From the NCBI GenBank assembly GCA_002104905.1, contig MCFE01000030.1, forward strand, positions 124,001 to 188,000: DNA of 64,000 nt, written 5' to 3'. Numbering within the stretch: the stretch's first letter is position 1; every line of letters begins with the position of its first letter. This document shows positions 52,894-64,000 of the stretch, one piece after another. A model generated the notes under the pieces. That model was not told the origin of the DNA. It searched no databases and saw only the letters and a program-made list of their open reading frames with translations. Made by a program: the position numbers and the translations under genes. Origin of the DNA: Basidiobolus meristosporus CBS 931.73. Its lineage: Eukaryota > Fungi > Basidiobolomycota.

Positions 52894-53779
52894 ATATTCT
52901 CTTGTAACTTCAAGTTCCTCCTTTGCCCTTATGTCAATAAGTATGCAGCTTTCTGATTAAGAGACAACCTTCAGTAATAGCAACAGTAGCCATTACAGAG
53001 AGTGACAGCTTAGGCTTTTCACTAGTTACCAAAGTTTTGGAAATATTGCAAGGAACCAGGATAACAGGCAGATATTGTGACTTTCACTCAGTGATATATT
53101 GAGTATAAAGTGGTATATGTATTTTTACAGTGCCCTGGTAGAGCTGGCATATAGCTCATGCTTATTAAAGTCCAAAGAGCTTTTGTGTCTGGGGCTGTTT
53201 GGACAACTCTGAGACTTTCATGTTGTTGGAACCAGAGATTGTGATGAAATACTCTAGGCAAGTCCCAGTATGGAATTTCAGCAGAGTTCTCCAGGATTCT
53301 CAGACTTCTGCATATTTAATGCCAATAAGCCAATACTTGGCTGCAGCCATAAGAGTTACTACAGTTCTCACCTGCTGATATATTCATTGTTAAAGCAAAA
53401 CTGTTATTGTAAAGTCTGAGTAAAATCAATATAATCAATTGGGGTATAAGATCAAAGTGCATACAGGCAAGGTTTAGTGACTTATAGGCAGCTGATTAAG
53501 TTATTATATCCTGGCCACATAGCATGCTTGTGTAATATCACCCAGGAGAAATTTGACTCAAGGCCAGCAGAAGACCACTATAGAATCAGCTAAATTCCAG
53601 GTTTCTCTGCACTAGCAACTCTCAGCATTGCAGATACTAACTATTTAGCTGACAAGTAAACATATTCTTCCAGAGGAGACTAGGCTACATGGCATTTATA
53701 CCTAATTTTTTGGCATGCTAATCAATAGTTCCACCAGGAACTGCAACTAAAGATTTAAAGGAAAACACCAGCAGAATGC

Positions 53780-56700
53780 TAGCAAAATATCATTGGAATA
53801 TTAGAGGACTACTGGCAGTTTTCAAGTGAACATCAAGTATGAGATTACTTATAGGGATCATTAGTGAGTCCCATCAATGAACTTGGGCATAGTATTCAGA
53901 GGTTTACAGACAATAATCCAAGTTACTAAATTAATAGAGTATTGAGGTGTAATAGCAAAATTTACAACAGTGTATACCTGATGAAACATACTTGTTATTG
54001 GGAAGTGCACTTTTGGGACCTAGTTAGAAGAGCAATTGAGTTGTTTCCAAGTTTTCCTAAGCACCAAGAGCTTCATTTAGTTAAGTCCCCAAGTTGCCAG
54101 TAAGCTTAAGTCCTTTACCCGCAAAAAAAGACCAAAGGCCAGAAGAGTACCAGCAGAAAACCAAATTTCCTTAAAGCTGTAGCTCCCAATATCAGAAGTT
54201 CCAGCCGATTTTAGGACGAGTAGATCTATGACGTAGAAGGTGCTATACCTGAGGAATCCACATACCAATATGGTGACAATCAGCCCACTGACTCCAGAGA
54301 TATTCACATTGGAAAAATTGACTGAGAAATACCAGTGGATAAAAATAGGAAACCCATGATTGATGTTTTTCATACAGTCGATTGTGAGGTTTGACGGTCC
54401 TCAATGATGCATTCAGCCGGGAAAGAAAAATAGGTAGTGATGTGGAGAGCAAACAGAACATTGGTAAGTTTCCGACATTTTCTCTCACACCCGGATCTCT
54501 GGAATCTGTATGAAAACAACCCTGACGTGAACCTACTCCGCAAATGGTAAAATGCCTTATTTTATCCCGGCACAGTGCTCAAAGACCACGCTTTCTTGCT
54601 TGACTACCCACGGGCTAACCAGGGTCTACTTGCAACCGGGGGCCCTAGATTTGATTCTCACTCGGGCCAGAACATGCTCCTCAAAACGATTGCAACGACG
54701 GGCAATATAACAGTCAGGCTTGGGATCAAAGACCGTGGTTCCCGTCGCAATATTCTGCATCAAGAACGCAGAAGTGCACATGCTATCAACATATGGGGAT
54801 TTCACAATCACCTTACAGATTACTTGAAAATGGACTCCAAGTCTGAATAGCCTCATTGGTGCATCAAAGTGGTGTAGACATTGAAATGTCCGAAATTTCT
54901 CACGGCGGTCCGAAGACTCCCCTCCCCCCCCCAAAAAAAAAAGGCTTCGGACTTCTCTCGATGACCTTTGGCAGCAGATTTCAATGGTTAGTCTGACAAC
55001 GCTTTACCCAGTACACGAATCAATCATATTTGCTCAGCAAACCGGCCATTGAGAAATCCACTCCCAGCAATCTCCATCCAATCACCTTCAAGCCTCAGCT
55101 CTTACGTGCCGAGCAATCCTGATCAACATGGCAACAAACTAGGTGTAGGTTGCATGGTGGTAATTGACGTAGGGTCAAACATCGTCATGTACCTCCCGCT
55201 TAGTTTTCAGTACCCAGCAACCGGTATAGCGTTGGGTCTGTCTGGATAGTGAAGGCTGCGAAAAGCAGTTTGGAGGCATGAGAAATCGAGTGGTTTGCGA
55301 ATCCGTCCCGCCTGAGGAAACGTACTTTCAGGCCAGTCGACGGGGCGGAATAGACAACTTAAGCACACCCTCGATATTACCCCGCTAGTCAACCGTAACC
55401 CCTCATTCCCCGATGATTGTCGATCGAATGCCCGAATCACCAAACGATATCACCGTACAAAGAAACCTTGATTTGGGCAAATATTGGTGGACGGGCGTAT
55501 CGACATCATCCGTCACTTCAAGTACAGACAGGGATCCAGGCAGCACATTCCCAGAATCCCGTGGGCTGATACTGCAGCGAAGACGGGTTCCAAGTCGATA
55601 TTGGCGGGGAATTCGCCAGTAATTACACCATATCCGGGAAGAGCCACTTGCCACTCGCTGCCTTGGTATCGCCGGAAAATCCAGTTGGGTACCAGGTCTT
55701 CCCCTACCTCAAACCTACCCCTCCCCCGTGGCACAGCCTCGCCATAGATAGGTAAATTTCCATCTGGTGGGAACCGCTCCGGACCGGAAATCGTGCGTCC
55801 ATTCGACCTACCATCACCGTATTGGTGTATCGTGGAAGGAGGTGACTTGAGCGATTTCCCAAAGAACACTCGGTTCCACATGCATGGCTCGGTGCTCACG
55901 AAGTTGAGTGACTCCAAATCGGCTCAAACAGTCATGGATTCATTCTACAGATCCTTGGATGTGTCCCACCGAGGTAACACACCCGTAACCGGCATCACCA
56001 TTCCTACCGTGCTACCTAGACCACTCCCCTCTCAGAAACCGAATTCCACAGCAAACCAGGGAATTCTTCGACTGGACTGAGACTAGCACAGGGCTTCCGA
56101 AGCTTGTCGGTTGCATGACTCGCCTCGGTCATCTCCAGGGTCAAGCCGGTCTTAGACCATGAGGTTATTGGCCTGGCCTCCCGCATAGGCAAGCTCAAGG
56201 CACCGTATGCGCACCCGCAGAAATACAGTGGCAGCATCACTTTGATATCATACAAGCTCGGTTGTCAAACCTTGACTACGTATGGGCACACGACAGCCAT
56301 CGGCCTTGACCGGAGATTGATCTGGGTGGATCTCCATTCCGAAAACCGGCCAAGGGCGATTTGCGAGCGCAAGAGAGCAGTGCAGTGGTCCATCAGGTGA
56401 GGGGATCCGGCATCCCCACACCATCCATGATGAACCCACTCACACTGATCCTGAGGTTCATTAAACGTCATGTTCTACAACGGATGCCGTGGAACATCTC
56501 AATCTACCGGGCCCCTGGGTGCTAGCACATATCCGGAGGTCAAATGGGACCTCAGCATCCGACCAAACAGCCAGCGGTTTTCGGGGTCCGTATCAATCAG
56601 GACCGAACCCGAAAAGGGGAAGATTTCCAAATCGGAGCATCCCATGCTGGCCAAAGCAGCCATGCCCTGGCCACGGCAGCGCCACGAAACATACAAGCTG

Positions 56701-56950
56701 GTGATGGTGGACAAACTCAGGTTTAATATTTAGCAAAGAGTGGGAGATTGGGTGCACAATGAGTAACACGTTGGTAAATACGATGGATGTGTTCGGTCAA
56801 AGAGCGAACCATCTGGCATGGAGTCAAGAGTAAAGGTGCGTGGGAGAAGAGAATATTCACATTCTAAGTCGAGAATGACTGCGCGGAGAGAGGAACCAAA
56901 GGGAAGGCCCATAGGGGTGGTTGTGCAGGGTGTAAGGTCGCCCCCTTTGG
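53780..56950 (+). pseudogene. Ancient L1-like LINE ORF2 relic (APE endonuclease, RT, possible C-terminal zinc finger)
   Basis: WNIRGL (~53790), GIISESH, GRVDL, RRGGIDNL/ITPLVN, GQILVDG..DIIRHF, FQVDIGGEFASNYTISG, EPLA, SLAID (YADD position), SHRGNTPV, VLD, CVGEENIHIL, in the expected order across many frameshifts. Confidence 0.55.
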
Positions 56951-57013
56951 GTACAGATGGGGGTTAGAGGTGGAGAAATGAGGGAGACAACTTCGATGAC
57001 TATTCAAAATATC

Positions 57014-58733
57014 CTAACGAAGATTCCTTCCCCGGGGATTTGTGGGGACTCTTTCCATCTCGGCGTGTGGGATTAGGTGGGACATTCGTTGAGAATTAGG
57101 TATACGAGTTAAGGAGGGTGAGAGAGGTGGGATTTCGTGTGCACCTCTGATGCTGTTCCGATGAGAGATTGGACTTGGCTCTTGAGTGTTGCCATATGCT
57201 GCAAATGAATACATAGTAGAAGGGAGCGACATGGTCGAAGATGCCGACCTTACGCTGGAGTTTCTGGATAATGATGAGAATGCTGGTGTGCCTGGGCCTG
57301 GGCCACGGTGGATTATATGACTGTTGCTGAAATGGTTTTCTGAGGGTTGCTGGTACATCCCGGAGTAGCGGTCGGTTTTCTGATGCACGTAGTTGATCAA
57401 CGGAGCGCTCGCCCGACTCTGATAGGCCATATCCGATTGAAATCGATGTGGTGGCTGAGGAGCCATCTCCACGAGCCGTTCCGGTGACAATGTGGTGAAC
57501 TGAGCAGACATAGACCGGCCTTGTTCGGAATACATGGATGGATCGATTTCCGAATATTTCGAGTTCCTATACCTGGACTTCGCCTTTTTCTCCCGGAGTG
57601 CTTGCTCGGGTATCATCATCACGTTGTTCGGGTAGGAAGGGATCTCGCTCCGATTCTCCCGTGGTGTGAATTGGTATGGGTGTGGGCCAGGATAATGCAG
57701 ATTGAATGGCACCTCGCTGGACATCTCACTGATGTTGTCCAGAGAGCTCGTTCGTCTACGACTGTGCATCGAGCTGGCATCATCATCGGAGTAGAATTCA
57801 CTCTCATTGGGAATGAACTCTGCGTGTGCGGAAAAAGAGACGGATCGAACTCGCTCGGAGGGCTGCTTCGTGCTGGGTCTGGGCAGCGTAGGATTTCCCA
57901 CTTTCGAATTGACTAATGGATTGGTTGAACACCAGGTCAGTCTAGAAATCGCTGGCGAGCTGCTTGAAAAGGCTTACATTTTTCCGTGGAATGTCCCGCA
58001 TATCCTTTCTTTGTTAGCGCCGCTAGAGGAACGTTATCCTCTTCATCAGAATCTAGGTCTTCGCCTTGCATGAAGAGAGGTGTCCTTGGGGCCTTCATCT
58101 CAGTGTCCACTGGTGAAAATGCTACAGAGAGGATTAGTATTGGGTTGTCAGTAGACAGGGCGCGGGGAATACCTGGCAGAGCAGATCCTGCATGATGGTT
58201 TACTAGGACGATGCGAGGATGCTGCATATGTTGTGCTATATCAGACGGCTCCTCGGGCTCGCTTTTCTCGGATATACTCTCCAGAGAGCTATTAGGACTT
58301 CCAAAGGCTTTGGTAGGGATCTCCTTGTCTAACAGGCAAAGTCAGCTTCACGACGGGACGAACAAGGAACTTCAGAAATCGCCTCACCTACACCCGCCTG
58401 CTTATCCTTATCATTGATCGCTTTGCTACGGGAGGTCTTCAAGCTGCTTTTCAACGGCTTGGGTGGTAAAGAGGCTTTCTTGGTGGGGCCATTCACACTT
58501 CTTGGACGAGAACCAGGCTCGTTGACGACGGGAGATGCTAACGTAGACGTAGCCCTCGGGAGTCGATGGTTATTTGGGGGAAGATAGGAGTTTCGCATGT
58601 GACCAGCGGAACCAAGTCTTTGGTCCATGACTTCAGGCCTTCCACCCATGGTCAACTGAAGTCGCGACATATATACAGGGATTCTTTCCATATTCTGTGC
58701 TAAAGTGAAGTCAGGCACACCGCGACCAGACAT
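57014..58733 (-). CDS. Uncharacterised S/P/R-rich, probably disordered protein; 4 exons
   Basis: Three short GT..AG introns with CTAAT/CTGAC branch sites join the ORFs at 58329-58733, 57937-58227 and 57014-57901 into one frame. Acidic DSDEEDNVPLA motif. Confidence 0.75.
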
Positions 58734-58949
58734 GACGGGAAGAGGGGAGGTCGAGGGACAAATACCTCAGCAAGACGGGGGAATATTTGGGATTAAAGAA
58801 ATTAACGGCCGCAACGGTTAAAGTTGTGCGGTAAAGGAAATCACTCGTATGGGAAGTGGGAGAATTGTATAGCGAAAGCGGAGGTGTGGGCAGCGGTTTT
58901 ATTTTTAAATGAATGATCATGTAACCTGATCCATGACCCTTTCAGCTGC

Positions 58950-61050
58950 TCACCCGTGTGCAGCACTCTAGCGCCGATCCGAGTGAGGAACCTCTCACTA
59001 TACTTGGTGTTCCAAACGCTAAACATGGGATATCTATTACAAATAGTATATACCATCGATATGCCTACGTCGTCCCATCAAGCCATTCAAACTATTTGTT
59101 AACAGCACCTGTTGGTTCCAATGGATCATGTGATTGGGGCTGGCCAAGTGCAACATACACTTCAACAGATATGGATCAGGATTATCGCACCATTTTGAAT
59201 CCCCTCTCCCTTATCCTTACAATCAGTCTCAAAATAACGGAACCTACAGAACCCTATTCCAAATGGAAACTAATAACAAATTGGCAGGTTACAGGTGCGC
59301 AAGATTAATTGGGGGTATGGAAGACAATGTCTATAGAGTAGAATATATTGATGCGACATCAAGTGTAACCAACGTTAAATTGAGGGAACACCATGTCATT
59401 TGCTAGTTCGCTGGATTAAGCATATGGACTGGAAACCACTAGATCGCATAGGTCTTCTCCGAATAAACTAGTCACTTGCATATGATGAGGTCCAGCACAT
59501 GAACCAGCAATCGCTGCATATTGAATTATGACTTTTACGTCCACTTGCAATGTGTTGAATCCAATCATAGCCTTACTGGATAAATGCCTGAAAAAGGCTG
59601 AATCCAAAATCCGCATCTAGTTGGGCCAATGGTTTGCCCAGACTAGAGTCTTTATCATATAAGGCTTCCCAGCTGCCGAATTTATGTGGTCTCAATGGAG
59701 GGGCTATTTCAACCGGCATGCTTGGCCACCGCCTTGGATTGGATCAGAGCGAGGCCAGCATCGTTGTGCTCCAAAACATGTGGTGGTTGCTTATGAGAGC
59801 CTCTTGTCGAGGAAACCACCCGGGATGTTGTCAAGAGTGGAACGGGTATCAACCCAAAGCCCGCCATCGATGGCCAAGGTGAGGCGCCCACCTCATGTAC
59901 GACGCTATTGTTTCGTGTTACACGCGCCCAGCTCTGCCAGGGTGGTCTCCGTCGAAACGCCTGACAGCGTGCATAGCATACAAAATCCAGTTGAAACGAT
60001 TTAATATACATCCCCCGTGCTATCCAAAGGCCTCTGAGGGTCTAAGCATTGGGATGCCCTGGGAACCGGGTCTCAAGGGAACTCGCCGACATCCTCCAAT
60101 GCCCTCGACCAGTGCTGGCTCGGCAACTGTTTGTGTACAGCAGCGTTGTGGGTACCAAACAAACCATGGGCATTGATTTTCCTAGGTCTCAGATCAGATG
60201 AGGCGCCATTATTCATTCCCATAGAATGATGTCGCTCGAAGTCATTTTCTGATTTTCTCCGAATCAGGGGTGTCTGAGAGCCGAATGGAATACGATCTAA
60301 TACGAAGCATCTATTATGGCTGCGCTGATGTTTACGATCACTGGAACCTGACAATTGCTGTTATATGGACGTCCTGCGGAGATGATTGCCATTATTCCAA
60401 TGGAATCCGCCCTGGTTGGAAGCGGCTATTAGAATGATCTCATATAGTAGTCGAATTGCACCAATGACCGCCCTCGCCCGCATTGCCGCTCTTCCATCGA
60501 ATTGGTCAGAGATCAAACTCCTGTCTCTATTTGCACACACATATATTGGATGTTTGCCACAATGAAGATGTGTTTGCTCCTTAATACTGAAATAGGACAA
60601 TGATGGGCACTGTTGAATCTCGCTATTATTACTGGGCCAATGGAATCTCAAGGCCCAACTTTGTTTTAAAGCTATCACCCGTCGGCGCTGTATGAGTGCT
60701 CATTGCCGATGCAACAGAAAGGGGCACGCCCCAAAAGAACGATACGTGACATGAAGTTGGCGCATAGGCTATCGGGGTAGCCCTCGTCTGATCTCTGGCT
60801 TGCCAATTCCACTGAGAGTGGTTGTCTGGTGCATGGACATCCTTTGCCTCCTGAGTCGTAGCAGCCAGGCGTCCGCATCGAAAGAGAATACTTCCTCGTG
60901 GGCACTTCTCAAAACACACATCCAAGTACCTGAGAAGCTGCTTGTAGGCAGTGGCTGAGTTTGGCCCGTGGGATATCCGTCATAAATGAGCTGGAAACTA
61001 TTAGATCGCTTGATATCGTTTCGCACAAGCCAATCAGCAAACGCCTCGAC
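58950..61050 (+). pseudogene. Ancient L1-like LINE ORF2 relic
   Basis: KWKLIT (end of endonuclease), ALLDKCLKKA, GFPAAEF, LNGGAIS...GLDQSEAS (INGxLS...GLRQGDPLS), VAYESLL, LMYDAIV (YADD position), YPKAS, GNCLCTAALW (NSLxxSxLW). Confidence 0.6.
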
Positions 61051-61549
61051 AGGCTAACAATAGCCAGAGTGTCAGAGACTGGCTCCTAGCAAGTCTAGAG
61101 CTGAGCTTGTCAGCTAGTACGATGCCAAACTAAAATCAATATGGAATCCCTGTCATATCTCTTGGCTATTAACCACATTTGAGGTTGGCCAGAAACACGG
61201 TTTATGAATTTGAAATTCCCGACTCCATAACCCACAGATCTTCCAAGTGTGGAATATTAATCTATGTAACAGATCCAACTATAGCCACGCCAAGGCTAGG
61301 ATAGATATTTCATATGCACAAATCAGGACACGCTAGTTGGGACGCCCCGAATAGTCAACACTCCATAACACAGGTGCCAACTTGGATGACCTCGCCATCC
61401 CACCACCCCATTGGTCATCGACCTGTTACAAGCTTCTCTTACTAATCATATCTCTAGGTTGGAGTTTTTCCGGATTAATCAACCCAAATCAGGCTAGAAT
61501 GCCTAGTGCATCGCTGGAAAGCAATCGCCCATGCACCACTACAGCGCTA

Positions 61550-62400
61550 CGCCAAGTGTGCACGCAGGTGTGTCCAAGTGTCGCCAGACTGAAGTCAGAG
61601 CGCATATATCTCACCTTCCCTCTTGGAAAAGTTTTTCGATGCACCCAATCCACCTGCCGCGGCGTATGTCCCCACCGTGTGGAGAAGTGAAGGTATAGAA
61701 TGATCGCGCCGTTGTAACGCATCGAGTCTTTCAATACCTGAACTGACAAGATCGCCAGCATTATCTGTACGTATCACAGCCTGGGACGCCGCCAAATACT
61801 GATTGTCTTTCTGAGCACGAAACAGGTTTAGTCTGGCGCTCAGCACCGCCTTCCCCTTTCCACCATTCATTGCACGATAATGCGATCTGAATGAAGCCTT
61901 GATTTTGAATTGATATATTTGATGACTGAGAGGGCATCGCTTAGGATTCTCGTGTAGTCCAGCACCCCAGCAACTCGCTACCGTCTGGAACTGGGTGAAG
62001 ATGCTGAGCAATACTCGAATGCAGATGCAAATACCACGACGCTACCGCTAGCATCCATATACAGTTCCCGCAGTGCAGACAGCCATCACGTCATCGTGCC
62101 GCTCCAACACTGGATGCTGTAAATGCAGCCTTGAAATTGACCAGGGAAATACCTGAATATCTTTGCAATGAATGCAAGGTCTTTCGCTCCTAATGATGTC
62201 TGCAGCACGGATCCATGCCGTGGTATCGACCTGAATGGAGTGAGCTGGATTCCTTGATATGCCGGGCGAGGCATACGACTGACAATATAGACCAAGCCAG
62301 GAGTGCATGACAAGGCAGGCAACATCTTCAACGAAGACTTCCCAACATACCTAGACAACCTGGTGGTTGGAAAATCCCTTCGCCTTTGCAGCAAGCATGA
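61550..62400 (-). pseudogene. Non-LTR RT relic, possibly of a different clade (RTE/L2-like)
   Basis: WLSALRELYMDASGSVVV, NAGDLV...LDAL (YADDLV...L..L), RWG...KT...VRYM. Confidence 0.4.
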
Positions 62401-62750
62401 GGATGCTACGGAGCAGCACGATGAGTGAGTCTCCCTATTGTCGCTGTGCCCGCGTAAGTCCCTCCTCCTGAAGGCCGGGCATATGGCCCACTTTTGATCA
62501 TTCTCAATTCAGGTGATGTTCATTTAAGTAGTTTCCATTGAAAGTTTCTATAACGACACTATCATGCAAAAGATGGATTATTGAGAGGTGATATGGGTGG
62601 GAGGATACTGGTGATTTTCGAGAAACGCATCAGCATGCCAATCAGTTGGAGCAAGGTAAATATGTAGATATGTGACTTCTAAGGCATCGTAGCTTTGACC
62701 GGGATTACCCGAAGAATGCTTCAGGAATCGCAGGACAGATACTACACTCT

Positions 62751-63967
62751 CTATGGTCTAAATGAGCGCTTAACCAGCGCGTTGAATAAATGGAAGCTGG
62801 CGATTGCGTCGTTAGCAGCATAGTTGATCTCGTGCGAGGCAAGGTGCGGCCGAGACCACCTCTTTTTTCTCCACGATTTGTCAAGATCCACATCCACACC
62901 AAACTTGTGGACCAAATCAACAAGCGACAGGTTCTTGTGGCCAAGCTCCTGAGCGATACTGTCGATATTGATGATCCCACAGCACTTCAGTTTGTAATTC
63001 TTTCCAAGAGATGCCGCGTCCCCAGTAACGTTGACTCCGACCTTCAATATTTTCGCATCGCTTAAAAGCGCCCGTAGACTTTTGGGGATTTTGCCGTACC
63101 GGCGATAGATCTGGCCAATTTGGAAAATGACACACACATCGGGAGAGGCTAGCTGAATCACAGATACTTGTGAGCCTAGTCGATATTGAGTGGATTCGGT
63201 ATCGAATCCCAAATGCGGGGTCACAAAATCCTGGATGGATGCTCTCAACATTTTGATGCCTTCGTCGCATTGCCTAGAGTCCTGGCAAACGAAAACCGGG
63301 CATTGGTTTGATGTTTTGACTTTGAGCGGGGTTGCTGAGGATTTGGTTGGAGCCATGGCCCTGCGGATTAGCCCAGGTTTCGTAGGGCGTCTTTTAGGCT
63401 GAGGGACTAGCTGTGAGGCCGGAGTAAACCGGGCCGATTGGATTCCCTTAGCCGGGTTCACAAACACCTTCATTCTCGATAGATCAATGGAAGAAAGTTT
63501 GGATTTACGTGCTGGGAACTGCATTTGCAGTCGAATTCTCTGCTCCAGGTGAGCGTCGCTTCTGCGCCGCAAGATTTCCTCGTTTTTGGCGATTTTGGAT
63601 TTTTTCGAGCCTGTGATGGGTTTGGTGGGATAGTGGTTGGGCACCGTAGGCATCCACGCCGAAGGTTTAGCCTTTGATGGTGCCCGCGAATTCCAAAAGG
63701 TCCACCTTTGAAATAGCCCTCCCAGCGAGCCAAGAGCATCGAAAATGGTTCGTTTTGGTTGGTCTGCTTTTTCCAAGAGCCTCTCCTGGGCATTAAGTTT
63801 ATTCTGGCGGTTTTTCTCCAGGATGGTTCTTAGCCGGTAGCTGTGTTTGTTCAGAGGTCTTTTTGATGGCAGTCTCAGTTTCGCCACCAATTTCTTTTTC
63901 GTGTTGAATCGCTCGGTGAACCGCTGAACCACACTCCGCAGTGAGTCGAGGTATTCTTGCCTAGAGC
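62751..63967 (-). CDS. DEDDy 3'-5' exonuclease of the WRN-exo/EXD2 type with a long basic N-terminal extension; the 5' exon lies beyond the window
   Basis: LGFDTES (ExoI), VIQLAS, LLSDAKILKVGVNVTGDA (ExoII), YAANDA (ExoIII). An in-frame stop upstream plus a branch site and CAG acceptor ending at 63968 indicate an upstream intron. Confidence 0.9.
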
Positions 63968-64000
63968 CTGTTGACGAGAATCAGTGGGAGTTTTTGGGGC

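Noticed and set aside
54919-54942. C-run plus A10 tract as a retroposon poly(A) tail
   Set aside because: No TSD, and it lies in the middle of the inferred ORF2 linker; more likely a simple homopolymer.
56470-56733. ORF ending YKLVMVD resembled a PEBP protein
   Set aside because: Lacks DPDAP and the other PEBP motifs and has wrong spacing; it lies within the L1 relic.
60090-60160. DQCWLGNCLCTAAL looked like a calpain catalytic motif (QGxLGDCW)
   Set aside because: It sits at the expected position of the L1 post-RT motif NSLxxSxLW, downstream of ordered RT motifs, and no other calpain features are present.
62040-62400. LSALRELYMD suggested an F-box/LRR pseudogene
   Set aside because: Context (W..LY...S.V.V followed by a YADD-like and a YLG-like motif) fits a non-LTR RT better.
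1-64000. CRISPR arrays, rRNA or tRNA genes
   Set aside because: No regularly spaced short repeats and no recognisable rRNA or tRNA motifs were seen. A tRNAscan/Infernal run would be needed to exclude small ncRNAs.

Overview
Eukaryotic window from a fungus. An early-diverging lineage is plausible but is only my inference. The window alternates between two compartments. (1) Two transposon-dense blocks (about 1-26,950 and about 39,300-54,100) in which CpG is almost absent while TpG/CpA are abundant. They contain nested, decayed Ty3/Gypsy and Ty1/Copia LTR retrotransposons, solo LTRs, CCC...GGG-ended CACTA (En/Spm) DNA transposons and a 211-bp MITE. (2) Two gene islands (about 27,000-39,300 and about 54,100-64,000) with normal CpG and six protein-coding genes: a class-3 (DAG-lipase-like) lipase, RPS24, a Cdc25/Mih1 phosphatase, a PTAR1-like prenyltransferase alpha-repeat protein, an orphan S/P-rich protein and a WRN/EXD2-type 3'-5' exonuclease that is truncated by the window edge. 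Manual multi-frame translation suggests that nearly every spacer holds an ancient, frameshifted non-LTR (mostly L1-like) reverse-transcriptase relic. These relics keep CpG in the gene islands and lose it in the TE blocks, which points to position-dependent CpG hypermutation. Other notable items are a ~1.07-kb LTR family with 4-bp RCGC target duplications (including a head-to-tail pair inserted at one site) and an AAT-targeting MITE. No CRISPR array, rRNA or tRNA gene was recognised. All alignments and family calls were made by eye, without database searches.
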